DNA from: Ostrea edulis
Lineage: Eukaryota
Reading direction: 5' to 3'
Assembly (NCBI RefSeq): GCF_947568905.1
Contig: NC_079170.1
Coordinates: 14,322,001-14,386,000, forward strand
Length of the DNA: 64,000 nucleotides
Below, in pieces: positions 36,581-50,416 of this stretch. Under the pieces are notes generated by a model, which saw only the letters and a program-made list of their open reading frames with translations, was not told the DNA's origin and searched no databases. The translations under genes and the position numbers were made by a program. Every line of letters begins with the position of its first letter. The first letter of the stretch is position 1.

Positions 36581-36765
36581 CTTAAAGTATAAACCAGATA
36601 TTGCGTAGATATATAAAATAAATCCATATCATTAAAACATGATACATTTAAGGTTATTATTCAAAAACAGTTACTGGTACCAATAAGAGGAAGTGTGAAT
36701 TTGCTATTGACAGCAGAAGTGCGATAAAAGATTTCATTAATAAAGAATAGACCATGTTTAATCAC

Positions 36766-36900
36766 CTCCAGAAGGACATGCACTTCCATGCATCAGAATA
36801 CAGTAGTTCCCACCGGGCCAATAACCCTCGTCATTAAAATCATTGGGATCCTTGGTGCAGTAAGAGAAATTCAGATTACTTGGATTGGTCCCACTGATGC
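36766..36900 (-). CDS. ApeC gene, internal exon 2
   Basis: ttattcag|GC...GGAG|gtgatt; (G)ISGTNPSNLNFSYCTKDPNDFNDEGYWPGGNYCILMHGSACPSG; 135 nt, phase 1 to 1. Confidence 0.9.
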
Positions 36901-38237
36901 CTGAATAAGCATATCAATTTTCAAATGAAACAATTCTGCATTATATATATCTGAAAAAGTTTATGTACCCAACAACATCATAAAGGCATATTCAGAAATG
37001 TTTTGCACTTCTACTGCATAGAGTTATATATTTAGTCACATGGAATGAAACGTCTCAACTTTAGTAAGGTTTTATTGAAAATATGATTTTATATTTGATT
37101 TCTTCATGACTTGCAGAAGTCAACATTCTAAATTGGCATTCTTGCATGATGCTCCTTAAAGCTTTACAAGGCATAGTAAGTTTACAATATAGGTCTATGT
37201 CACACGACGAACGCTTATAAAATGCTGTCAGAGACTGTTTCCTCTTTATGTTGTGTTCCTAGAGTATTAGTACTAAGATAAATATATCTTCTTTTCATGC
37301 TTGTGGCGTCACCTGGGTAAATTAAGATGGGCTTATTCAAAAGTTGATATTTTCTCTCTGACCAAGTTAATCAAATTTATACAAGAAATAATTCATACAT
37401 TTGTAACATGTTCGGATTCCATTCAGTTTCTTTGTGTCCCTTCGAAAATTATTCACTCATATTGAGATGTCACTAGTTGTAGATGGTGCACCAGCATTTT
37501 ATCCGATGCAATTCGCATAGGAGAGTTGCAGCAAAGGTTCTTTATCGTATCAACTTCAAAAGACACCTGATGGTTAGGTCCACACTAACCTTTTTTTTTT
37601 AAATTTAGCTTATTGTTTTTATGTCTTCTGATGTATTACTAATCCATTTCGAAATATAACACTTGCTTTTTGTATGGTTTGACATTTAAAGGACAGATCG
37701 AATGTTGCTAAAGTTTTCATTTTTTCAGCAAAAGCAATTCTCGGCATGACCAAAATTACTTTCAGTGTGTTTTGAATAAAATATTTTACGTTGTTTTCGA
37801 AGTTGAACGCAATGAACTTCAAATCCTGCGATATGTACATTTACTTTCGGCATTTTTGCGCCATTATGTGTGATGTGATATTGGGTTTTGAAAACATTTA
37901 TTAGCTATGTCATAAACTTTAGATTTAATGGACAAAAAGATAAATATCATGTTAACGGCTTGTAAATAGCATTGCATCAGGGTGTTTTGTGCCGTTTAAG
38001 GGTGTACTAGCCTTCCATAGAAAGGTTTAGACCGAGCCTTTTCAATGTTTTAAAGGAAGTGAGAGGAAAAAGATGTGGATTATTTATCTATCCGCACATG
38101 GACTTTGTCTTAAAAACCCCAGTCAACTTTGTCTATCGAGATGTACATTGGACAGAGATCCAGATAAACTGCGAGCAATGGCTGTATCGAAGCCAAACAT
38201 TGCTAGGCCTACAGCATATGCATTCTGTCCTAGCCTT

Positions 38238-38390
38238 CAAATACAATACCCACTCACATACAATATCCACTCAAATACAATACCCACTCAAATACAATAC
38301 CAACTCAAATACAACACCCACTCAAATACAATACCCACTCACATACAATACCCACTCAAATAAAATACCCACTCACATACAATACCCACT
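38238..38390. repeat. 17-bp minisatellite, 9 units, in an ApeC intron
   Basis: Unit caaatacaatacccact; 153 nt = 9 x 17. Confidence 0.95.
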
Positions 38391-39480
38391 CGCACCAGCT
38401 GAGCTTCACTTTGTAGTAACATAAAACTTGTGCTCTCACTATCTGGCAACTGGTCCATTTTACAAAAAAAATCAAAGATAAAAAATAATTATACTTTCAA
38501 TTATAGATAATTAAATATTGTATTTCATTACTTTGAACTGACTTATAATGCTTTCATTATTTGATTGAACTCGTATTATCAAGTACAGTATAATGTCGTG
38601 TCCTCACATCCTCTGGTGTGTCCAGAGGTCCGTGTTTGCCCAACTATCTATTTTGTATTGCTTGTATGAGTTATGGGATTGATCACTTTTCGTTATCTTC
38701 ACCTTTCATCTTCATGACGTGCAGATCACAATTCAATCAGGATATTAGAATTACTTTGCCAAAATAAAGTATTGTGATTTCAAATCTAAATTTGATTATT
38801 CTTGTTTTTCTATCTTCCAATCGCATCCGTGACAGCGAATGGGCCTAGCTGTCAACGACGTAACGTATCAGAATTTGTCTACTCCAAATATGAATACTAA
38901 TACCACTGTTCATTTTTTAAAAGAAACCAAAAACTGCAACGCCATCACAGATGTTTAAAGTAATAACATTACCAATTAATGTTTAAATAATTATCCATAA
39001 AACATTATTTACTCGCAATTGCCTATTTCAAACTCACTTTCTTCGCAACATTAGAGTATTTACATCGCTATTTGTATGCACTAGTGGCTAAATCATGTAA
39101 GACTCGGGAAATTTGTCAACATCGATATCAATGTTGTCCATGGTCAAGATTGATGAATAAATTCGGTCCCTAATAATTGAGTTTTATAATGATATATAAC
39201 ACTACTTTCACAATACCTTGATCGAAGAAGGTCGCATGTGATATCGCTGTACCACGTGACTACCTAGCTAGAGGCTTAGATTTTAGTTCGGATGGTAGCT
39301 AATTATCGCAATATTAGAATTAATTACTATAATCATCAGAAAGACAAAATGCATTTAACTTTGTATACTTTGGAAACATGTCCGTTAAGAGTTGAAAACT
39401 TTGTATGCGCATTCAGGAGTATTTGCTTACTTGGAGTACCTGTATCAATGTTATTATTCATAAGTTAATTGCTTGTTTAC

Positions 39481-39618
39481 CATAAAAGTGATGTCCGTAT
39501 TCTACTTGGTTTTCGTTATCACCGTTTGCATTGTCCTGGTGTCTCCATCCCTCCAGCCACCCCGATGGACATCCAGTATTTGGCTTTACCAGAGTATATG
39601 TTCCACCTGGCCATTTCA
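39481..39618 (-). CDS. ApeC gene, internal exon 1 (open frame, with an apparent compensated frameshift)
   Basis: attttcag|TG...TATG|gtaaac; (V)KWPGGNIYSGKAKYWMSIGWLEGWRHQDNANGDNENQVEYGHHFY(G); 138 nt, phase 1 to 1. Confidence 0.88.
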
Positions 39619-40209
39619 CTGAAAATAAATATAGGAAGGTATCTTATTGACAAAAAGCCAGAAAGATATTACACGGAAAATGGAACACGAAAGAGATATG
39701 CCCTGGATTTCTCGAGAGAAAAAAAGTAAGTCGAAACTTGACTTTAAGTCTAAGATTTTACTCAAATTTTGACTTGTGTAGAATTTTTGTAGACAAAATT
39801 TTTAGGTTTGTTCGATCATCACTGTAAGTTTTGCTGCGATTATGTGCAGATGACAACAATTATAAGTGGAGTTTTAAGAATTTTTAATCCCAAATCTATT
39901 ATATCACTTAGTGATCGACCAATGATATAATACTAACAACACGTCTACACATTTACAAGATACCTAGTATAAATTTGTTTCCTGTCTTAACTTGCATATG
40001 TTGCAAGAGTAAAAAATATAAGAAAAAAGCGTGTCGCAATTCTCATAGCATACCGTGTCCGCATCTCTGTCACTTTTGCCAATTTCAATCTACATAGAAA
40101 TGACAACAACGTGATCATTTAATCACGCCCTGATATTGCTAGAGATACTTCTCAGATCGCCTTAAGCAATGACAGTTTATCAAAGCATGTAGTGTCTGAT
40201 TTTTTGACA

Positions 40210-40930
40210 AATGAAGGGCGAATATAACGAACAGTAATGAATCTCATCACTCATATAAGCAATACAAAATAGATATTTGGGCAAACACGGACCCCTGGAC
40301 ACACCATAGGTGGGATCAGGCGCCTAGGAGGAGTCAGTATCCCCTGTCGTGAGCCCTATGTCTTGATCAGGTAAACGGAGTTATCCGTAGTCAAAATTAG
40401 TGTGCCAAGAACGGCCTAACAATCGCTATGAAACACGTCAGACAGCATTTGACCCAATGATAGGTGGTATTGACGAACTAGATCGTTATAACGTACATAA
40501 AATTTGCAAATGCTGACTTCAGTTGAGATTGTTGAAACCCCTGTACCATCAACTTGTTTGTCAGTAGCTTAACTCGATTTAAAAACTGACTAAAAGCAGA
40601 AGAAACTCTTGCGTATCGAATCAGTTGAGAGATGTAAACACCATATGCAAGTGATAATAGAATATTGCTACATGAATATTGGAAATTGACGAGGCTGAAA
40701 TCATCCCTTTTGTCATACTGTTAAGTTGGCAGTTTGCCGTCAATGTTTACTTTTAATAAAATATTCAAGTATGAAGCAGAAGTGAACGACTCTTTTATTT
40801 CGAGCTCACAGGGGTATATCGAATCGACATATGAATGAAAGTTATTATTGTTAATAGACGAAACGTCATCGATATATCGAAATGTCGAATTGAAGGCCAC
40901 AGCGAAAGATTCATATGAATATTCAAATAT
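40210..40930 (-). mobile_element. Penelope-like fragment with RT core and 3' UTR
   Basis: AVAFNSTFRYIDDVSSINN...IYPCELEIKE...ASYLNILL followed by the family 3' UTR. Confidence 0.88.
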
Positions 40931-41254
40931 AAGAAATAAAATTCCCACTGCATTCTCTTTATAATTATGTTCCTGATATGTGTTATTTCGTCAAATCTAG
41001 GATGCAAATCCTGTATATTACCGCATAGTATCATCTCATGAGAATCATCCGTAATCTGAACCTAAAGGTGTTGGTGTCCAGTTTTTTACTTTATCTATAG
41101 ATATAAGAAATATACAATCTGACTATTTAGCCGACCTCTGAAACAATCATACATGCTGAAAGCTAATCTAAAGGAAAAAAGCATATGGAGTAGTCCGGGA
41201 TATTTTTTCTTTTATCGTTGGCCTTAATCATTTTTCCTGAAACAAAAACTCTTA

Positions 41255-42025
41255 CATTAACGGCAAGCTGACAACTCAACTGTATGACAAACGGGATGAT
41301 TTCAGCTTCTCCGTCGTCAACTTCCCATACTTATGTAGCAATACCCCATTATCACCTGCATATGCCGTTTAGATGTCTCAAATGATTCGAAACGGAAGAG
41401 TTTGTTCTGCATATAGTCTGTTTTTAAATCGAGACAGGCTACTGACAAACATTAATGGTGCAAAGGTTTCAACAGTCTCGTTTTAAAGTCAGCTTATCGC
41501 AGATTTTAGTCCCGTGGGGATCCGGGTTAGAATAAATCCTCAGTACCCCCTTGCTTGTCGTAAGAAGCGACTAAATGGGGCGGTCCTTCGGATGAGACCG
41601 CAAGAATTGAGGTCCCGTGTCACAGCAGGTGTGGCACGATAAATATCTCTCCCTGCTCAAAGGCCATAAGCGCCGAGCATAGGCCTAAATTTGCAGTCCT
41701 TCACCGGCAGTGGCAACGTCCCCATATGAGTGAAATATTATTGAGTTGGACGTTAAACAATATTTAATTAATCAATCGCAAATTCTATGGTTGTTATAAC
41801 GATATGGATTGTTAGGCCAATCTTGGCACACTGATTTTGAAGACGGATAATTTCGTTTACCTGATCAAGCTATAGGCTCTCGGCGGGTGTGACCGGTCGA
41901 CAAGGGATGCTTACTACTCTTAGGTGCCTGATCTCACCTCTGGTATATCCAGGCGTCCGTGTTTGCCCAACTCTCTATTTTGTATTATCTAAATGTGTTA
42001 TGTTCGTTATCTTTATCATTCATGA
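41255..42025 (+). mobile_element. Penelope-like RT C-terminus + 3' UTR, interrupted by a SINE
   Basis: ggcaagctgacaactcaactgtatgacaaacgggatgatttc (GKLTTQLYDKRDDF) through the 3' UTR. Confidence 0.88.
41506..41774 (+). mobile_element. SINE, 5'-truncated, with ATCA-type tail and about 10-bp TSD
   Basis: Same family as 8598-8856; atcgca(g/a)att at 41496-41505 and 41775-41784. Confidence 0.82.
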
Positions 42026-44211
42026 AACGAAAACCTGCGTTTGATTTGAAGATTTCATATCAACCAAAATGATAGAATAGATAATGAGACAATGTATTTT
42101 AATCAGATTTTAATTATAAATGTACCACAGAGTGAAATAATGAGATGAACAAGAATATTAGAATTAAATATATCCATTACAAGGAGAATATAGATTTCCT
42201 CTTCAATACTACACATTTAATGTATAATGTAAAACTATATGAAACGATCGTGTCATTGTGTAAAATTTTAAAGTTTGATTTCAAATAGTTTTATCTTAAC
42301 GAGTATGATTTGGTGCGTTTAACTAGGTTCTTTAATCAATTTCTAAAGTAAAAAGCACAAAATCCTATCAAAATTCAACTTAACATATTACCAACAGCTA
42401 CTTGTGACAATGTGTTATTTTTCAACTGTCATATTTATCATTTGACTGCAAGAGTATTAAATTCGTGGTTTTTTTTTAAATACTCTTACAATATATTATG
42501 GATAATCGTAAAGTGCGAAAACTTATCATGTCTGAAGTTAAAAAGAATTCTGATCAAAGTCCATGTCCAAATATTTGGCAGCAATTATTTCAATTTGGCT
42601 ATAATCAAAAGAACAATGGCTACGGTAAAGGACTAAGTTGTTTAGTATTTACCTTTTGTAGTTTTGATATAGTTTTTGACATTATTTTAAAGTCAAGATT
42701 GTAATTTCAAAATATACATAAACTACTGGTTAAATTAATTTTTCTATAGTTTGATTGTTAAGACTTAAATCATTTGAGATTAACATGCACAGTCCCGAAG
42801 CCATTTCAAGTAATGGAAATGGAGCATGAAACTTTTATCATGGCTGTGCAATATCGATGTAGGTCAGGACAGGTCGAATACTACTTGTGATATCCGACTG
42901 TCAGTGGTGTTTTCTTCATGGAACAAAGGCAGAAATATAGAGCAATGATTCAATTCGATTCGATTTCTAGGTCATTTACACAAGTTATTACCAAATTCTA
43001 TCCGTTAGTACAACCTTACAGTTAAACAATATATTGCAGGTAAATTAAGTGCAATATGCATTAACGCAGTAGAATGATATCATATACCCCCCCCCCCTAA
43101 AAGGTTAAGACAAATTACATGATTTGAGAGAAATGACACATTGAGTTTAAATATTTCATAATTGAACACTTGATAAATTTTGATTATCTTATTGGAGAAA
43201 AATTACACCTGCTGAGATACCTGAAATAAAGCAGCGAAGGCGAATGTAATGTCTAACGGTGAACTGTCTACCTTGTGATCAGAAAAATATTGGAAGTTTC
43301 AGTTTGATTTTAAAACAGCATCTCTATCATTTATACACACATATGCAATACGAAATATACCAAATGTAATATACATCTTCATATGTAAAATAGTCCAATT
43401 TGTCAAAAACATTAGAGTTCATAAACCTAATTTTCTGTAGATACTCGTGAAACCTCCGCGATCTACTATCATTGTTTCTTTGTCATCATCTTTCTACAGA
43501 GGTATGATTATATGTTTCCTGCAGATTACTGCTACTTTATACACATACTGTACACCCAGTTACATGTATATAGAGGATGATGTTTTCGTGTGACCTGAGG
43601 TTTCTAATAAGGTAATCGCGGGTGATATGTTGTCATAAAATATGAGAGCATTTCTTATTTGTCTACATTCAACGAAAATGAAATTTTATAGAACATAAAG
43701 CCTGCCATCCAAAAATGTATGAAATCCCTGCATAACTTGTATCATTATTGTTCGATTTGTAAATCTCTCTAGTCATACTGCCCATATTAGGAAGAAAATA
43801 GTCACATTTTAAACGTTACCTATATATCCTGTTAGAGATTTATTTCGATAATGATAGTGAAAGATGCTCATTTGCCTTGTCATATATTTCATATCTTAAA
43901 AAGTCATATTGAGAAATAATTTCAATAAAAACCCTTTCTCACAGGCGCAGTTATACTTGTTTAGTCGTAATACACATACCAAGAAAGGAAAAAACACATT
44001 TGAAATTTTACCTATATTTTCATCAAAATCATGGAAATTGATAATTTTCAAACATCCACTTCAGTAAAATACTCATTCATTCTCGCTCTGGTCCTATTCT
44101 AAACTTAGCATTATGCGTTTATCTCTACAATATCTGTTTTTATTTTGAATACAATTCGTGATACACGTAGTATCAATATCAATGGACGTTTAGAATGTCT
44201 GTTCACTTTAC

Positions 44212-44552
44212 CTTCTATACCTGCGGTATTCCCATCCGCTTCCATTGCAATTGTTTGCAATTTCACTTTCAACCAACAATTTCCTAAGAAGTCTGCAATG
44301 TATCAGGCTTGAACTATACAAATATCCTATACAGATCGGATCGTTTAGGTAGCATTTCATGGTACAAGCTTGAAACGATAAACCCTCGAAAAAATCAAAG
44401 TAGTATGAAGTATTCTTTGGAAGGATCCCATCAAATAACGGCTCTCGTTGATAACGCACGTATGTTAGAGCTCTGGTGAATCCGGTCTGTAAAATTATAA
44501 TGGACATCATGCTAATATATATAATCTCTTTTCTGTAACCAACCATATTCAT
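44212..44552 (-). CDS. First coding exon (signal peptide + PAN/Apple-like), probable exon 1 of the ApeC gene; carries a +1 base near its 3' end
   Basis: MNMVGY...CTMKCYLNDPICIGYLYSSSLIHC. 341 nt to the conserved GTAAAG donor versus 340 nt in the 8.5-kb paralog (CGC AGG T ATA GAA G). Confidence 0.75.
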
Positions 44553-44959
44553 CTTTTGAAAACAGACATCAAATGTGGTGATGTTCGCTCAGACTGTGTT
44601 TTAAATTTCTATTACCGAAAACACTAGCTCTAAGCTGTATCGCTGTTATTTATTCATTACCCAAGAGAATACGTAAAAAAAAATTCTATGTTTGCTTGAT
44701 TTATTGATTATATAAATGTGATGCAATCCTGAATCAATTTCCATATTAAACGAAGCTCTTTCAATGTACCTTACAAAGCAGGTCTCTTTATGATGTAAGC
44801 AAGTATTTTTCTCGACCTTCAGTTTTCAAGTTATTCTTTATTGTATTGTTTTGAATTCCCTATTGTAATTGTGTTTGTATTCTAAAGACGTTCCTTACTG
44901 ATTGACTCGCCATACAACCACGTGTTCAGTACTAAATACTATCTAACGTTCGAAACATC

Positions 44960-45370
44960 TTATTAGTTCCCTGGGGGTGTGAACGGCTAACAGGGGCTGC
45001 TTACTTCTCCGCGCATTTGATCCCATCTGTGGTGTATCCAAGGGTGTGTGTTTACCCATCTTTGTATTTATATTCTTTATGTAATACTATTGTCTTTGTT
45101 CTGACCATGTGTCCACTTTTTGGATCTGACAAATTCATACTGATTGTTAGGCCGTTGTTGACACATTGAGTTTGACTACGGATAACACCGTTTTCCTGAT
45201 CAGGATATAGGGCTCATAGCGGGTGTGACTGGTCAACAGGGGATGCTTACTCTTCCTAGGCACCTGACCTCACGTCTGGTGTGCCCAGGAGTCCATGTCT
45301 GCCCAAGTATCTATTTTGTATTGCTTATAGGAGTTATGAGATTGATCACTGTTCGTTATTTTCACCTTTC
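44960..45370 (+). mobile_element. Two tandem Penelope-like 3' UTR copies
   Basis: Partial divergent copy at 44960-45080 and a fuller copy at 45140-45370. Confidence 0.8.
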
Positions 45371-47107
45371 ATGATGGTCATTATTAAGGAGGACTAAACG
45401 AAACCATAGACAGATTCGTCCTCTTATGATGATGTTGCATACTGCATAATGTAATGCACATAATGTAAGGCATACATTGTTATGTAAATCTTGTACGGTA
45501 CTAATTTTGATGCACCAGATGCGCATTTCGACAAATAATGTATCTTCAGTGATGCTCAAGCCGAAAGTTTGGAAATACGAAATAACAATAAACTTGTAAG
45601 AGCTAAAAGGAAAACTAGAGTGCCAAAAACTGGAACCAAATTCGTCGAAGGATAGAGCTATGCATGTTTAAATGTTCAAATGATATGGTTAGTCATTTGT
45701 TTTTTTTTACAGCCGCCACTTGGACAGTTCTAGTTAGAGTAGACATTACGTTACGCTAAAAGATGTAGTGGGAATGACGTCACAATGATGTTGCTTCTCT
45801 CTTTTCATTTTGTTGCCATGATGATTATTAGTATAAAAATTGGTGGGGAAGACGGACGATTGAATGTCGGAGTAATTTTGTACATCCAATAACGAGAACA
45901 TATGATTTAAGTAGCTGAGAAATAGAGTGAATGAATTATCTGAAGTAAATTTAATCCAAGAAAAAGATGCATCTTATCGAATAATTGTCGTGTATAAATG
46001 ACTTCAAAATAAGTTATACAAAATGGTTGATATTTTATATTCTCCTACAAATTTGAACAAAAATAATGTTGCATTTTTGCAATACAATGCATGTGTTGCA
46101 AGTGAACAATAAAACGATTTAGATGCACTAATAGCATCAAGATATGAAAAGCATCATAACACAATCTGATCATGGAGCATGTACATTTAGGCAACCCATA
46201 ATTCATAAAAGGTGAGAAGTTTGAAAACATCATTATCTGTTTGTTTCATGATTATGAACAGAAGGCTCCTAATGCTCGAGTTTATGATAGTGAACCCATA
46301 ATTATACACTTAATTACGATTTAGCAAAGAAGTATGTATATCTAAGCTATTAAAAATGTTAAAAATGTAACGAGTTTGTACAGTCTTAATTTCATTATAG
46401 AAATTTTCTTCTTTGCAGCATAGATTGATCACTGTTCGTTATCTTCCCTTTTCATACTCAACATTTCATTTTGTGATGGATTTGAATTCGAGTGAATACT
46501 GTCGATGTCAAAACACCAACGAAAATTATGCTCAATAAAATTATTGATTTTGCTCTGGCTTATGTGCATGACGACATGCTTGATGATGTGTATTCATTAT
46601 AAAGCAAGCAAAAATACCTTGAGTTCAGCACTGACTTACGAATGCCTTATTTCACAGGTAATTTGTAATATCAAATGCAGCAAGTAACATCTGTTTAGTA
46701 AATGCAAATCGTGCTATAATAAGTATATGAGAACGACGATGTAAAAATGCATAACAGATTATAAATATTTTTTGTTCAGTTCTCTTGATGAGCACATAAT
46801 AATGATAGCATTCATGCACCCACCTATATACACCATACACGTTATCGGTCCAAACTCATCTACTTGTTGTGGTCTTTCTTGTTTTTTTTTAATCTTTCTT
46901 CTCTGGTTTTAGTAAAGCAAATGACACATTACAAAGCATGGAGCGTAAACTTGTAGTTAAAGATATTTACAGATTCCTTGTGCTCTTTGTACTGGGTGAT
47001 AAAGGCCAGTTTTTAGTTGTCCTTATACCTCTTGATAATGTTTCATTGAAAAGTATATTTCCACTTATCAAATAAAGTGATACGAAAGCTTGCTTTTAAT
47101 ATTTCAT

Positions 47108-47362
47108 CTAGACAAAAAGTCCATTGACGACAATTTCTTCCAACACTAGAGCGTTCCTTCCTCCACTATCATTTAGATCGTCTGATATGTAGTTTAGCTC
47201 AACAATTTTTGCGGTGACGTACGTTCCATAAAGCAGTGTCCCGCATTCTTTGGTGTGAACTTTTCCAGTTTGACTCGGTCCTACGAATAAACCACAAAAT
47301 TCCATCTCCGACCAAGTGAACGAATTCCCTACTCTAATTCTCCACATTGTGCAACCAGTGAC
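47108..47362 (-). pseudogene. F-type lectin terminal exon (C-terminal half of FTP domain), +1 frameshift near 47337
   Basis: ttttttag|GT; (G)HWLHNVE-IRVGNSFTWSEMEFCGLFVGPSQTGKVHTKECGTLLYGTYVTAKI...ALVLEEIVVNGLFV*, matching the FTP pattern IRVG...C...C...G.YV...L.L.EV.V.G. Confidence 0.82.
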
Positions 47363-48439
47363 CTAAAAAAAGTTGTGAATGTATTGTTGATATTACTCCA
47401 TGGTCTAAACTCCCTCAATCAGACAATAACTATAATCCAGTGTATAAAAAAGGAATGTTTAAAGATACAATTGCTGTGATAAATTTAAGAAATTCATTTC
47501 AAAATTAAGGATTATCTCCCTCATTCATAGCTCTTATCCTTGAACGAATTTGGCTCCACTTTTTTGGCACACTCCTTTTGCCTATGATAGCTCTAAAACG
47601 TCATTGTTATTTCGAATTTCAAACATATCGGTTGAGCATCACTGAAGAGACATAATTTGTCGAAATGTTCATCTGGTGCATCAAAATTGGTACCGTATAA
47701 GTTTTACATTCAATAACTAACGGAGATTAATGATGTTCAGCATGCAATTGAAAGATACATGTATGTTGATATCTTAACCTCCTGTTGAGTTAAGTGTATG
47801 GTATCTGAATTCAAAATACGTTGCCCTAAGTTAATTTTCTTAGAATCGCTGCCAATAATCACTTTATCAAACCTGTTTCATATTAAATGTGATGCAATTC
47901 TTCTCATTTTGATTTTGACTGCAGGTTACTCCGTTTACCTGAGCAAGACATTGCGTTTAGGCGGATGTGACGGTCAACAGGGGATGTTTACTCTTCTTAG
48001 ACACAAGGTCCCACTAATTGTGTTTCAAAGAGTTCTTCTTTACCCTACTCTCAATGAGATAGTGTTCTTTTCGATGTCTCCACCTTTTTCAACCACTTTA
48101 CCCCAGCCCCTACACTTGAATGTGTTTATATTGGTTTCTGTGTAGCATATGTTCATTTCCAATAAAATAAGCATTACTACCACAATGAAAAGTCATAAAG
48201 AGTTTGATATCGTATTATATTAGGTGACATTTTGTTTGAAACGAAATTTGATGCCTATTGAGGATAATGAATGACTTGCAATTGTCATAAAAGTAACGAA
48301 TTTCTAGTATTTGTACATTTTATCAAACGTTAATAGATCTATTTTGAAGAGTAATTGAAATACACATTTCGAAAACATGCTTCCACGACGCTTTCTTAAG
48401 CAATTAAATGGAGCGACTCCCCATTTATAAGGTGTGCTG

Positions 48440-48610
48440 GATTGCTGATCCGGATATAGGGCTGTGACCGGTCGACAGGGAATGCTTACTCCTCCTAGGC
48501 ACCTGATCCCACCTCTGGTGTGTCGAGGGGCCCGTGTTTGCCCAACTATCTATTTTGTATTGCTTGTAGGAGGTATGAGATTGATCAATATTCGTTATCT
48601 TCACCCTTCA
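48440..48610 (+). mobile_element. Penelope-like 3' UTR copy
   Basis: Near-consensus match. Confidence 0.88.
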
Positions 48611-50197
48611 TGTACATCAACATTTAACATTTAAATTGTTGCTCTTTACAAATTGATAGGTTGTGTGACTGAAAACTTTAGAATGAAAATTGTTGAAACG
48701 ATAAGTTGATACGTTTTCTGTTTATTTTTTATTTAATGTATAGAATACGTCGAGTCAAAGAAAGAAAGATATCGTTTATAGAGGTTTTATGCATTGGGAA
48801 GACAACCAAAGCATAAATGGTAGATCATCAAAACTATTAAAGAATCTCATTTAAGTGTTAAGCGTACACGTGACGTATAGTTATATACATGTACACGCAT
48901 TCTTCATACAAATTGTTTTTCAAAGATTGAAAGATGAAACAATGTGTTAAAAACGAATGGAAAGCAGTGATGATTCTTAAGTTAAAGATACTTTCATACT
49001 GAAAATGTCATGTCATTTTGGCGTCTGTAATCCCCACTTAATCCTGTTAGGAAAGAAGGAGTGTCTATTAGAGGAGAAACGTTCTGGAAATGGATCCGCA
49101 ATTGTAAACAATTTATCCCAAAATCTAGGGTTTGGGGCGGCTAAAAGGATTACCTGAGTGTACCATTTGATCAAATAAAGACATTACTTAAAGAAGGTAG
49201 AACGTTCTGTCTTAACTAAATCTTAAATTGACTATATTTTGTTTCCGACAAAGTAAGTCGCGGCAAACCTGAATAGAGTAGAAAACAAACAGTGTGCTTT
49301 TAATGGTGATTTCAAACCGTTCCCATTGCTTGGTCTTCTTTGTTACAGGTGCTGTCCTGGTGCAGAATATTGTATCAGACAACCAAACTTGTATTGTAGC
49401 AGCCCATGAGACTTCCCATCTAATTTGCAGATTGAAAATTCATAACTTTCATCATCCATTTACAAAAAAGTTTCAACAATTCCATCAACAATCTTTCTAA
49501 CATTGAGAATTCTTTTTCTTCTGTAGAAAGATACTATGTTTAGCCATTCTAAGCATATTACAGAAAACTATGGACTTTCATCCACTCTATTTGAAAAGTA
49601 TCCATTATGCAGATTTCGAATCTCATTTCACCAAGCAAGTGCCGTAAAGATAATGAAGAGTGATTAATCCCATATCTCCCACAAAGAATGCAAAATTAAG
49701 AGTAGGGCAAACACTGACCCCTGGACATATCACAGGTACATGTAGAACCAGGTACCCAGGAGGTGCAAACATCCCCCGTTGACAGGTTTCTCCCACTGTG
49801 AGGCCCACACCGAGAAAATGGAGCAATCTCCAGTCAAAATCAGTGTGCGACGAACGATCTCATTTTGTATGGAACATATCAGATATCATTTTACCCAATG
49901 AATGGTTGTTTTGATAACTTTGATCGTTAAAATACTATAACATTTGCAAAATGCTACTTTAAACAACACAACTTATTGTCATTGTCATGTCTTCATTTAA
50001 AACTGACCATACGCAGAATAAGATCTTGCGTATTGAATCAGTTGAGATACATAAACAAAACATTCAGGTGATAATGGAATATTGGTACATAAATATAAGA
50101 AAGTGTCGATGTAGAAGTTGTTTTTGTTTTACTTTTCTCTGCGTGCATCTAAGAAGTTTTGCTAACATCCAGTAAATACATGCAAAACAGACATTAC

Positions 50198-50416
50198 CAT
50201 TTTCGTCTTTTCTGTTGTAGAGAAGTATATTTTTTATGATAGCTAGTCCTCCTAGGTTTATAGTTAGCCATGGATAACGTTCATATTCAGTTTGAAAAAG
50301 CTCCTTCCATGTAGATGAATCTGTGTGGCCATCAACACTTGCCTGACGAGTTGAATTCGTCATCCATTGGGGAAGTGAACTTGAATTTACCGTCTTACCA
50401 AGAGCCAAATTTTTCA
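50198..50416 (-). CDS. F-type lectin exon, N-terminal half (frame intact)
   Basis: tcttatag|TG...AATG|gtaatg; 219 nt, phase 1 to 1; KNLALGK...ASVDG...FQTEYERYPWLTINLGGLAIIKNILLYNRKDEN. Confidence 0.82.

Noticed and set aside
37400-37600. Additional exon within the ApeC gene
   Set aside because: No frame gave ApeC-like sequence, and the 39481 donor joins the 36900 acceptor in phase without it.
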